In this document: piece by piece, positions 1 through 12,300 of the stretch
Layout: every line of letters starts with the position of its first letter
Position numbering within the stretch: the stretch's first letter is position 1
DNA from: Folioceros fuciformis
Lineage: Eukaryota
Direction of reading: 5' to 3'
Length of the DNA stretch: 45,815 bases
Assembly: GCA_049999805.1 (NCBI GenBank)
Contig: JBNGIO010006178.1
Coordinates: forward strand, 114,240 to 160,054
Translations under genes and position numbers: made by a program
The notes under the pieces: model-generated
Database searches by the model: none
What the model saw: only the letters and a program-made list of their open reading frames with translations
Told to the model about the DNA's origin: nothing

Positions 1-1187
1 GATCAAGTCCGACCCTCCATCCACAGCAGCAAGGAACCCCATCGCTCCTTCGTGGGAACGAAACCCAATGTCTCAACGACAGTGGGATAAGTGTGGCCAC
101 TAAAGGTGGAATCCGTCGGCAATCAGTGCCCGGGGTTTTGCCTCCACATATGTCTTCATCACTAGCAGCCAATTGATGACGAGCTGGGCCACTCCCCTAA
201 TCCACGGGTCTGTGATGTCATGAATCAACCACCCGTTGGTGGTCTTGGTAGAGTCCTCTTACAAAATCGTAGCCGCTACCTCCTTCACCAGGTCCTTGTT
301 GTGCTAAGAATTGAGGTAGAGACTGCACCACTCCTCCGCTGGCCGCCTGCACACCTCACGCATCATCTAGACGGTCTAGAGGGTGGGATTATCTCAGACC
401 TTCAAGTTGGATGAAGCTGCCTTTCCGCGAGCGCATTGCAACATGGTTTGAGCGAATTCCCAGATAGTGGTTGGAGAATTGATACCCAAGGGGAACTGGA
501 AGATGCCTAGTTCCTCGTCGCGAAAAAAAAGATGCCTAGTTCCTACTGCTCTATGAGGTCGCTGGCCGTTGTTATCCAAGGGGCAAAAGTCGGATAGAAG
601 CGTGTCTGGACTTGCTCGGCGTTGAGCCTCTAGGTGTTGCCTTTCTCAAGAGACTACCCCGGCGACATGGCGGAGAAGTCCTATAGCTTGTTAAACGCGA
701 GGGCAGAGGCAAAAGGAGGCACCGTACCGTGTTTGGAAGGCGGAGAGAAAGGCAAGACCAAGGAATGGAAGCAAGTGGATGAGATGGATGAAGGCGGAGT
801 GGAGAAGAGGAGGGCTGGAGCAAGACAAAAGCATTGGAATAACACTCAGGCAGGTGGCAGGCGGGAGAGAGGAGGGAGTGGAGCATATCGGCCAGCATAC
901 GTCAGAGTAAGATCTTACGCTTGGCATCGTCAATACGCTTGAAACCGTTTCGGACGCCCCACTTTTTGGATGGTGACAGAGTATTGCATCTCGAACTGAC
1001 TGTCGCGACTGTTAGTTCGGCGGTCGAGCTAGCGTCGCGGAGTCTGGCATGGCGTCTACTCCGATAGACTTGGGTCCGCTAAAAATACCTATTTATTAAA
1101 AGTCTGCTCCTTTCCTTCGGACTCTGTAGATGAGTCCGGCGAGATATGGGAGTAATGCTCCGATGAGTATTTTTGGGGTTGACAATT

Positions 1188-2240
1188 TGCCATTTCATCC
1201 CAGTCACCTCAACCATCACCGCCCCCAAACTAGCCACTCTTTTTGTTAGGGAAATCTTCCAATTACATGGGACACCTGAAGACATCCTGTTAGACTGAGA
1301 TGCAAAATTCACCTATGGGTTTTGTTGAAACTTCATGGACACCCTGGGCATCAAACAAAACATGTCTTCAGCTTATCTCCCAGAGACGAATGGCCAGACA
1401 GAGAAGCAAAACTAGGTGTTGGAGAACATGCTTTGCCATTTCATACATGAGAAACAAACGAAGTGGGAGGAACTCCTTCCCTTGCTGGAGTATGCGTACA
1501 ACTCCTTGAAACATGCGGCCACTGGGGTTACACCCTTCAAACTCCTATATGGAGAGACACCCCCACCTCTGGGCTTATGGCGCAACAGTCAGGATAGGTG
1601 GCGTAGTGTTGCCAAAATCGTCGAGAATATATGGTAGGAAGTGAAGATGGCCAGACACAAACTCCAAGCAGCTCGAGACCGGACCTGCATCACAACAAAC
1701 TGTCATTGCTGCGACATCATCTACGTAGCTGGCCAGTTTGTTTGGCTCCGGGTCAAACCTCAAAGGTACCCATAAATGATTCAGAAATGCAGCAGACTCA
1801 CTTACTGTTTTGCAAGACCTTTCTGGGTGTCGAAAATAGTCAACAAGGTCGCATACTAGCTTGAGTTGCTCGCACACTGGCGCCTCTACCGGACATTCCA
1901 TGTGTCCTTGCTGAAACTAGTAATCCCCCATTGTGCTCAGCTTTCCACACTGCCTGTGACAGCCACTAGTGAGTCTATGTTAGTACCTAACCAACATTCC
2001 CAAGTTCCCCCTTCTGAAACCAGCATAATCCTCGTTCCCTCTCTGGAGGCCAGCCAGATAATCCCCTATGACAACATCGCGACAGTAACACCCATTCCTC
2101 ACCAACCAACCCACATCCTCCAGCGTCGAGATCAGCGCCTCTAGCACCGACTCATTGTGACTTCCTGGTTGTGTGGGAGGGCGAACCTGACTCAGCAACG
2201 ACATGGGAGCTTGAGGATTTTTGTTTACAGTTCCCCTGTC
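1188..2240 (+). mobile_element. Degenerate Ty3/gypsy (chromovirus-type) pol remnant: integrase core, GPY/F module and chromodomain
   Basis: Frameshifted, stop-containing translation: HFIPVTSTITAPKLATLFVREIFQLHGTPEDILLD*D, ETNGQTE, LENMLCHFIHEKQTKWEELLPLLEYAYNSLKHAATGVTPFKLLYG, RPFWVSKIVNKVAY*LELLAHWRLYRTFHVSLLK, then chromodomain-like PTHILQRR...FLVVWEG...TTWE. Confidence 0.85.
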
Positions 2241-2287
2241 TACGTGCGCAGATCTCAGTAGGCTAGGAGGACCCAACCACAGCACAT

Positions 2288-2667
2288 GGGGGAGAATGAC
2301 ACGATCGACGACGAGCAGGCCACTTGCGTCATCCACCATACATAGTTGGAGCCGATGCTGCCATGACCAGGTAGTGGGAACCCTACGAAGTACATATACT
2401 TTCCCTTGTATACCAGCTGATACTGGGATAAACAACTAGATAAGAATGATAGATAATTAGCCGTAAGTAGGATAACCTTACAACAAAAAACCACTACACT
2501 AATGAAACCCCAAGAAACGGGGTAGTTAGACGGGCAGACGCAGCCTTCTTGGCCCTGCCCACACACACGTATTTGTAGCTGTTCTGAGCATAAGAAAAGA
2601 CGTCCATTCCCCGGAGCTGAAATCTCGAGCTGCCCTGTAACAGTCTCTCTTCAGCGATCTCGTCACA
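2288..2667 (+). repeat. Putative polypurine tract (2288-2296) plus 3' LTR of the gypsy remnant
   Basis: GGGGGAGAA directly followed by TGACACG at 2297, just after the chromodomain; candidate end CGTCACA at 2667. No matching 5' LTR found in the window. Confidence 0.45.
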
Positions 2668-3914
2668 CCACAAAAGTTGGTCACGGGCGTGCAATTGGAT
2701 AAATACTAGATGGACATAAAGTATGTATGCGGAGTCTTAAAATGCGGCGAGGATGGTAAAAAAACCCGCCCGGTAAAGCACGACCCGTGGCGAGGGGTGT
2801 AGCGGTCAAAAGTTGTGGCTTGACGCGTGGAATGGAACGTGTCAGGCCGTAGGTAGGAGGTAGGCAAAGTACATCGCCGCAGTTAGCCGCATTTCGGCAT
2901 GGAAATGGGCCAATGGTCAGCCAGGCACGTCATGTAGGGTATCAAATGGGGTTGGCACTGATATTCATACAGATAAGAATAATATTGACAGGCCAGCCAT
3001 GACATGTCAACATAGCCATGGGAATGACGAATTAGCAAGGCAATGTGCTGCGCGTCGAGCCGAGCTGACTACCCGAGGTTCCTAGGGAAAGGGGAAAAAC
3101 GCAAAATGCACGTAAAGATGTCGGCATGTCCCTGGTCGTGTGAAGCAGAAGCTTGGTTCAGGACATTTTGGCGGTTGAGGAAGGCAAGACCAGTGCGACT
3201 CTTCGGGATACCCGACGCTGACCTGTAGGCGCCAGCTCTGGACCCGGACTCGGACCTGCCTGGTTTCGTTTCCCTTACCGAAGTTGTTATGCATGTTCTG
3301 GAATAGAAGATTCGGTCGCCACTCCAGCTCGCCTCCGAGCAGCGAGTAGGCTGGGCAGCCGGAATGCGCGTCGCTGGGATAAGGAAATTCCGTGCCTTGA
3401 CTCTCCCACTGTGCTGATCCCCGTAGTTCCCTAGCTTGCGCTCCCTTGCACTGCTTTGCTTCATCCGCTGCGTGGCTGGATAATCTCTGTCGGGCGGTTG
3501 AGCTGGATTCGGGGCAGGATTCGTGTTTACAGCCTCCGACGGGCCCTCGTGGGCGACAATTCTGGGGTGGCTGGGTGTAGGGGGAGGCTGGGGTAGCTCA
3601 ATAGTCGCCGGCCTAGCTCAGCATACTTGAGCGTGCAGAATTCTGTTCGGCACAGGGTGTTGTGGGCGAGAGGCCTGGCCCAGTGGTCTGGAACTGGGAG
3701 ATGGATGGGATAGATGACGCCGCCAGGGCTGCAAACGGAGAGGGATTGTCGCCCACGCGGCTCAAGGGCATGATGATGAATTTGAGATATGGGAGTCCGG
3801 AGGTAGATGAAGGTGCTGTCTGAATTTCAAGAAACTGCGGAGGAGTGGAATGTAACCTCACATGGAGTGCGGAGGGAGGTGTCGGGTCCTTAAGATTCTT
3901 CCAGAGATCGCGAG

Positions 3915-6900
3915 ATGGCTTTCGGAGTGGGAGCGGGTGCCAGATGTGGCGCCCCCAAGCGATCCAAGGCCCTGGTTGTGCAGGTGACTTGTGTGGTAGC
4001 GGGATGGGTGTTTGCTATTGTGGTGGGAATCATACTGTACCGAAATGCTTTGAACGACAAGGAGCAGGAATTCAGGCTCCGATGCATCAATCGGAAGCAG
4101 GTGAGCACGAGTTTCGTGCTTCTATCTTGTTTGGATGTGTGATGACGGCCGACGATCACGTCACTTGAACAGAGTCTGAATTTACCTTCAGCCCATGACG
4201 TTTACCATGGGAATGTTGTCTTCTTTCCTCTCCCTATGATGCTCGTCCCCTCTGTGTTAAGGCTGTAGCGTAATGTGACTTGTTGGGGGATTGGATGGCA
4301 GGTCATGAAAGCAGAAATGGCCAACAGCCTCAACACTTCTTTTGTCATCGTCGGCTTGTTGAATGCTGTGAAGGAGATCAACGAGCAGTCGTGGCTCGCG
4401 TTCACCAGCTATTCCGAGTATCTTCGGCCTAATGTGAAAACGCTATTTTACATGCAAAGGGTGCTTGATCAAGACAGGGCTACCTTTGAGGAGAAATGGA
4501 ATGGTCCCATTCTCGGATTCGATCCGAACCTGAATCCAAACATACGGGAAAAGGATACGGAATACGCACCTATCTTGTTTATAGCGAGGCAAGTTCAGAA
4601 CATTACCATGATGGATCCTATGTCTATACCAATAATCAGGACCGCGGTGGAGAGAGCCAGGGACACAGGGAGTATGTCAATGTCAGCACCTGATAAGTAC
4701 AGAGGAATATGGAGGATTGGGGTGTATCTGCCTTTCTATGGTCATGATTGGCAACCGTCATCTTTATCAACGGTTGAGGAGCGAAGGCAGGTTTGCTTGG
4801 GATATGTAGGAGTGTCCTTAGACATCTATTATCTCTTCTCTGTAGTCCTCTCCAGGTATGAAGACGATATCAACATGGATCTCTCAGCAGCATATGTACC
4901 GCAGAAGTCTGAGGACTACCTTCCCAGCCATAATTGTACCCCTGCTGATTCTGACTGTGATGTGCTCATTTACGGGAACCCTCAGAGACAAAGAGAAAGG
5001 CCCACTGCACTCATCTCTTGGACCTTTGGGTTCCAGAGCTTCAACCTCAAGTGCTATGCGAAATACAACATCCGTGTGTTTGCGCTGAGGTCTACCATCG
5101 CATGGCCGCTGCTCATGATGATATTCATTCTGCTTAGCTCCATCATCGTCTTCTTGGTCATGAAGCGGTTGCAAGCAGTGCAGGGAGATGTCACCGAGAT
5201 GGAAAAGTTGAATGAGGATTTGAAAGTAGCAAAGCAGGCTGCTGAAGCTGCAGACAAAGCCAAGTCTAGTTTCTTAGCCACTGTGTCCCATGAAATCAGG
5301 TGACAACATACTTTTATGCCCATGTACACTATAGGTTGTTGGCGAGAAGAAAAATGTAGCCACCATCTAATTTGGGTATGGGACTCCTTTGTAATTCTCT
5401 CATGAGTCATGTGTCATTGCCTGCAGGACTCCAATGAATGGAATGATAGGCGAGTCTCTCAAAACTAGGGCGGATTCGAACCGAACTGAGTTCCATGATC
5501 TCTTCTGATCCAAGTGCTTTTCTAATGCAGGAATGACAAATTTGCTCCTTGGGACAGACCTGACCACTCAACAGTTGGAGTATGTGAAGATTGCTCAGCA
5601 AAGTGGCAATGCCCTCATGTAAGACTATGAACTTATACAAATTTGAAAGCTTGCCTATGCTGGATCGCTTGCGATTATCTGCACGCAGCTTGTTCTCCTT
5701 ATCAGGACACCTGAAGCTTTCGCCTGAACAATCGTTGCAGAGCTCTTATCAATGACGTGCTGGACCTGTCAAAAATCGAGGCTGGCGGGATGGAGCTAGA
5801 ATCAGTCACATTTGATCTTCGTTTGGAAATTGATGATGTGTTGTCATTATTTGAAGATAAAGTGCAACAGAAGAACATAGAGGTCTCTGCATTGGTGCAC
5901 GATTCTGTACCCACCAGTCTGGTTGGAGATCCTGGAAGGCTTCGTCAGGTAGTTCTTCCATCCAATGCTGTCAGGAAGGCCAATGCATTAGTCAGTTTTC
6001 CTGCAAGTCCTGGTTCCCAGAACTTCACTGCATTCTTTTGCGAGTCTCTTGACAGCGTCCTTCTTCCTTCTCAGGTGCTGATCAATCTGGTCGGAAACGC
6101 TATCAAGGTGGGACCCTAAAGCCTAAACCCACCTCGATCGACCACCTTCCGCGCTGTTTGCTCGTTTAGCGTTATGACCATGGGCGGTGGAGCTATTTTT
6201 ACCCTCTTTGTGCGCGTTTTTGTTCACACTGTACGTGACTCATTTGTTCCGCAGTTCACAAAACAAGGGAGCATCTTCTTGTGTGTGCGCTTGATTGATG
6301 AAAGTCGGCAAGGCCTTCAAGCTGAAAATTTCAGTGGATCGTCGTCACCATCTGTGGACTCTGCCTCAAGGTTGATGCCACTTAGTTGTGTTCGCTCTAA
6401 ATCGGATTCAACAACTGCCCGGAATGACAGTAATACAGAACAAGATATGCAGAAGCCAGCTGAAGATTCTGGCTGTCTGTGGGCATTCCCTTGCGACAAG
6501 GAGGTGGCACCAAGGCTCAGCATGCGGGATGCCACATTAAATAACAAGGATTCCATTAAGAAGTGGCGAAATTGGCAACCCAGTTCTAGGATGAACTCCG
6601 GCGATGGGTCACAGAAGTTGAAATTGATTATCTCAGTAGAAGATACAGGTATGAATTCATTCCTGTTGTACGACCGACGAGTGGTGCCGTTCTCTTGGAA
6701 GATCAGACGAGGTAACCTGGGGTAGTATGCAGGAATCGGCATTCCTTCACATCTACATCATCGATTATTCAAACCATTCTTACAAGCAAATAGTGGCACA
6801 GCAAGGGAATATGGGGGAACTGGGATTGGTCTTTCTATATCACAGGTAGGTGAAAGGCGGTTAAGCTTTGAATGAACTTGTACTCTGTTAGGTGTTCAGC

Positions 6901-8602
6901 CAGTATCTGACCTTTGAGTTGCTTTTGCAGAAACTAGTTACATTAATGCATGGTGAGCTCTCTGTAGAGAGTCAACCAGGTGAAGGGAGCACATTCGAGT
7001 TCACTTTAACGTTGCTTAAGGGTCTGGAATCTAACTTAAGCCGATCACATCGGTCTGAAGTGCATGAAGATAAATTGAAGGGAGTGAAGGTTATTCTGGT
7101 TGACAATCACTTCATACGACAAGTAAGCACTAAAATCAAAGGATGGTTTTCTGTTCCTGGAAACGTAACAGGGGACAACTTCAGATGTTGGCCTCTGACG
7201 GACGACATTGCAGGAGGTTGCAATAACATATCTGCACAAACTAGGTGTACTGGTCGAGACCTGTGAAGATGCGGGAGTTGCTGAAACCCTGGTCCAAAGG
7301 TACAATTGTACGTTTGCAGTCTGCCTTCTTCGATCCTTTTACTGGGAACCTCTGTAGCTGCTGTTAGTTAAACCAACGTGTGCTGAGGTCTATTACTGCT
7401 TGTACCAGAAATGATAGGCCTCTGTTCCAAGCTGCAATTGTGGACTTCCAAAAATCAGAAATAGAATCTGTACTGTCATTCGCCAGATCAGTTAGAAGTA
7501 AGCCAGGCCTTCAAGCGTTCCCCCTCGTAAGTCTGACCTCTCAGCTGAGCAAAGTGGAAAAATCAGAGCTGGAGAAGGCAGGTTTCACTCACACTTTGCA
7601 CAACCCTTTGCGACACACAACTCTAGCAGCTGCCTTGCTACGGGTACTAGGGTTGAGGTCTCAAGCTCCTTCGAGGAGTGTCAACCCTTATGCGCAAATG
7701 CTAATGGAGAAAAGGGTTTTAGTGGTATGTTCTCTCGTCCTTCTCCACCTAAATGGCCTTCAGTGGTCTATTCCTTAATAATCCTCTTTCCACCTGTGCA
7801 TGTGCTCATCTTTTCAAACTACTGGTTTTTCCTGGCTGAAATTTGTTCCAGCCTCCTGGGTTTGACGAAATCCTTGACAAGGTTATAATTCTTTTGCCAG
7901 GTTGATGACAATCAAATCAACCGTAAGGTTGCTTCCTCAATGTTAGCACGATATGGAGCATTGGTTGTCTGTGTAAACGGTGGCTCTGAGGCCCTGGACG
8001 CTGTGAAGAAGGAGGCTGGTTTTGACTTAATATTGATGGACATTCAGATGCCAGAGGTACTACGCATTTTTGTGGGGTAGGCGGTAGAAGTACCGGGGTG
8101 TATTTTCTTGTGGTTCCAATGGCCAATTGGCATATCTTTGTCGCAGATGGATGGCTATGAAGCAACGCGACGGATTCGCCAGTGGGAAATCAATAGCTGC
8201 AATGTGTGCCAGAGCTCCTTAGGCAAAGAACCCATGACCGGGTCTTGCGCCGATGGTGGGGAATCTGAAGGAAAAGTAAGAGTTGCTACATGCCCACATC
8301 ACCAGATACCAGTTGTTGCTGTTACAGCAGATGTCATGAAAGGGACCCACGAGCTCTGCCTGACAGCCGGCATGGATGACTACATACCAAAGGTGGTGAT
8401 CCGATCCTGGATTGGACAGTTTGATTCTTTGATTTTTCGGCCTGTTCCAGAAGAATGTTTATATGATTGGTGGGCTGTTCTGTATTTGTCACAGCCTCTC
8501 GATCAAAGGCAATTGCATTCCTTGCTGGAGAGATTCTTGAAAAATGATCTGGTAAATCGGAGGGGAACATCAGGTATTAGCTGCCGGCCAAGTGAGACTT
8601 GA
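3915..8602 (+). CDS. CHASE-domain hybrid histidine kinase (cytokinin-receptor-like, CHK family), ~14 exons
   Basis: TM + CHASE (EYAPILF...ERARDTG) + TM; HisKA SSFLATVSHEIR|TPMNG; HATPase (LRQ|VLINLVGNAIK|FT, VEDTG|IGI, GGTGIGL); receiver-like domain; receiver with DLILMDIQMPE|MDGYEATRRIR and VAVTADV...MDDYIPK|P. Approximate exons 3915-4100, 4302-5299, 5427-5449, 5531-5618, 5741-5948, 6075-6107, 6255-6648, 6733-6845, 6931-7122, 7214-~7307, ~7409-7725, 7901-8056, 8147-8391, 8495-8602. Confidence 0.93.
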
Positions 8603-9390
8603 ACTGCCTTCCTTTGAGCTCAGAAGCATGTTGTGTTACAGTAGATCCTACCTTCTGTTGCATTGGTTCTTTGAACGTAGACAGCTCCGTTCTGGCACAC
8701 AGTGAAGTTGGGAAGTTCGAACGGTTGGTGTCCGAATATCCACAACAACTTTATGTAGCCCCAGTTTAACATGCATACTATGCTGGCACAGCGAGTGTCT
8801 GATCTTGGGAAAAATGTACATTTCTGTGACAGACTTTAGAGATCTGTAAATAACGCGGTCTTGAATCAGGGTTTGTCTCATTGTACAACATTCCGAGTGG
8901 GTATGGCTAGAGAAGATGGGCGTTGGGAAGGAGGAGCGATACAGGTGCTATAGCCATTGAAGCTGTGATTGTTTCTTTCAGTGCAGGGGAATTGGAGCTT
9001 CCAAAGTTCGGGGCAGTGTCATGCAAGGAGAAGCAAAGATGTCATAGTTGAAATTTTTCGTTCCTAGTTTTGAGTTGTACAGTAGTAGTTGGCCCCCTTG
9101 TCGAGAGTTGAGTGGGTCCCTACTTTCAATTTTGGTTGTTCGATGCTGCACCGTTGTCCACGAGGTACGGTGGTGGGCCTGAATTTAATCACTTCTGGAT
9201 CGTTCCAAGAACCAGAATCTTATGGCATGCGACCACCCTTCTTTGAGTGCCATCTGCGTCGGTCAATTTCTGTTACATGGTTCCTACATCTCGTGAGAGA
9301 CGAAATATCTCTAGTTATCCTGAAAAATGTCCTACACTCCTTTGTACAAATACACACATTCGACAGCGTTAAAGCTCCCTCATCTTCAGC

Positions 9391-12300
9391 TCAAATCCAG
9401 GTCCAGACTGTGAAACCACCTCATAGTTGATCGATGCTAACTGAGAAAGACACTGCAATGGCACACACACTTTGCTTTAACAATGCTTTCAGCCGACGTT
9501 CATAACAATTCTTACTATCACAAGGTACTACCGCACCTTATACGAGAAATTGCTGAATGAATCTCGCACAGAAGGTGTGATACCGATTTCCGCACCTTCC
9601 CCGTACTCATCTCCCTGCATGATGACACCCAAGAAATGACGATGAGAAAGAAGGTAGCGGCAAACAGGCCTAAGGGAAGTATGGAATGACAAGTCATGCA
9701 GGTGTAAGCCCTAGAACTTACAACCTCCTCCTGACCAGAGGTGCTGCTGCCACCAACGCTGCTCCCACAGTCACTCGAGTCTCCTAGTTCATGATCCATA
9801 CCTTCCGCGGGATTCCACATGTGTCGGGATGTGAAGTAGCTGGTATCATGTGCACTGTCTGGACTTGGAATGAAGGCAGCCTGAACATGCACACTTTCCT
9901 CAGCTTCAGGTATCAGAGGTTGGAGAAACCAGGATTTTTGCAGGGCATATGATAGATCAATTAACCTTCTGCCTCGAAAGGGTGTCCCAGTTTATGTCCT
10001 TAAAAAATGGATGTGCTTTGACCTGCAAACAATCGATCCCACGTCATATCGGTAATTCCGAACCCGTTAAACAAAGAACTAGCCACGACATCCAGCACAG
10101 GAGGTTGACGTCAGGTCTTACCTCTGTGGCACCATTTGCACCAAGCCGGGTATGGGGATCCCACGTGAGAAGTCTGTCCACGTCCAAAGGACGACATATC
10201 AGCAAGTTGTGGGACGTTACCCAGTCAGTTAAGGTGAGACCTGTCAAAGCTAGGTTGTACCTCTCCAGTAAATCCTGAGCCTCAACAGACATGTATTCAG
10301 GAACAGAAGGCCAGGGAATGTTCCTGTTAAGAATGTTGTCAAATATAATCTGAATCACAGAACATAGGACACAAACAAATGACGGGATTTAGTGTAGCTC
10401 ACAAGAGAGCTCACTCCAAGAAATTCAGGATATGGATACCGTAACATTCCCCTTGATCATGGAGACGTATCACACTAACCTGCGGATGTTCTGCATTAAA
10501 AGGTGGCATGCCTGTAAGAAACTCAAACAGAATCACACCAGTTGACCACCAATCTGCGGTGTAGCCTGCAAACAGACAAATGGACAAGTCATCCCCCTGC
10601 TCCAGACGTGTTTCGACATACCTAGACAACAAAAGGTTATGATCACAATGGTAATGGCCATGCTGAATTTCAGTCAGGCTGACCACACAGGGCTCATCCT
10701 GTGCCATAGGCTATGTCCATTCCCAAGGCAGAGAAGAAAATGATTTTCAAGAAGATTCCAAAACATCTCAAGGCAATTACATTTTTACAAATACCGTTTT
10801 GCACAATTACCATGTCCCGTCCCTAGAAGAATCTCTGGTGCGAGATAGTCCGGTGTACCCACAGCTGTCCGTTGAGCTGCAGCTTTCCCAGGATGATTCA
10901 TATCATCAGCCAGCTTTGAGGTGCTTGCAGATGACCCGGAAAGATCCTCTGTGCTATTCAGAAGACCCATTCGTGACAGTCCAAAATCGGTGAGCTGCAC
11001 AGCATAAGTTGAGCTTTGACCCTTCCAGATCTAAGAACCAGTAGTGCGAGAAACAAATTTCCTCCCAACATAAAGAACAGTGCAGCACCTGACCTTTATG
11101 TGGCCATCGTGAGCAATCAACAAATTATCAGGCTTTAAGTCTCGATGGACAACTCCCAAAGAGTGCAGGTATTCAAGAGCCAAGACCTGCAAGATACAGT
11201 CTTCAGGGTCAGAAGTTCTTTTGATTTGAACATGTTAGGGCAAAGTGCCGTCAAGTACGTTCCAAGGCTTTCACAACACGAAATAGCAGTAAAACGTGGA
11301 CAAACCAGCTCTGCAATGTAGACCCGGGCCATGTCCTCCTCCAAGCATCCTAGGTTTCTCAGGAGCGAGTAAAGATCACCCCCGTTCAAGTACTCCATCA
11401 CTAGATAGAGGTTGTCTTTACAAGTGAAGGAATAAAAGAAACGTACCTAAGACAAATCCAGATGCAACAAATTACATACATACCACACGCTTCACTAACA
11501 TTTGTTCACAAGATCAAAAGACCCAATAATAAGATTGCACACTGGAACCAGGACGTGTACTCGAGTTGATCTCCAAGAACTTTCGTACCACAAAAGGGTT
11601 TCGAACGGAGATCAAAATGTTCCTCTCAGCTTGGACACTTTCCACAGCATTTTTCCGCATCATGTCTGACTTCCGTAGAACCTGCACAAGGACATCCTTG
11701 TTAAGACAGTGAATGAAAACTAGCTCGTTTGTTAGCCAGGAAAATTGGTGCGTAAGCAAAGCTATCAGTGTGGAAACATTACAGACAACATGGGTCCAAA
11801 CTGAGTTGCAATGAACTGGGAAAGGAAGAAGAGGTTTTGAGAAAAGGAGTGCATCTGAGAGAGAAAAAGCTCTTGTTCATGCCTTGATGGCAAATAGATC
11901 TCCAGTCGTTCTCTTTCTTGCCAGAAATACTCTGCCAAAAGCCCCCCGACTAATGGCCTTGATGGTCTCAAAATCATCAATGGTCGTACGATCCTTGTAT
12001 GCAGGGTGGACAGGTGTGGACCTGAAAGCATCGTCCTCGTACTCAATCTCATCGGAGCTACTGAACTCTGCACCATCACTGGCTGTCAACATCTTCTCCC
12101 TGCCACCGTATTACAGATGCAATGTCAGTTTCTCCTCGCAAGACTGAAGAAGAATTGGTGCTATGTCAAAGCACACGTTACACTAGTACTCTATAACATC
12201 AGACAAAATCTTACGGTGCATACTAGTGATGTTAGTTTGGTGACGTATCTAATAAACTAGTGCACATCGCCATAAGTCAGGTCCTAGCACACACCTTTGC

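Noticed and set aside
500-544. 16-bp direct repeat AAGATGCCTAGTTCCT around a short A-run
   Set aside because: The insert is too short to be an element with a TSD; likely a local duplication in decayed repeat DNA.
6114-6130. Telomere-like CCCTAAAGCCTAAACCC in a kinase intron
   Set aside because: Two degenerate units only; not an interstitial telomere array.
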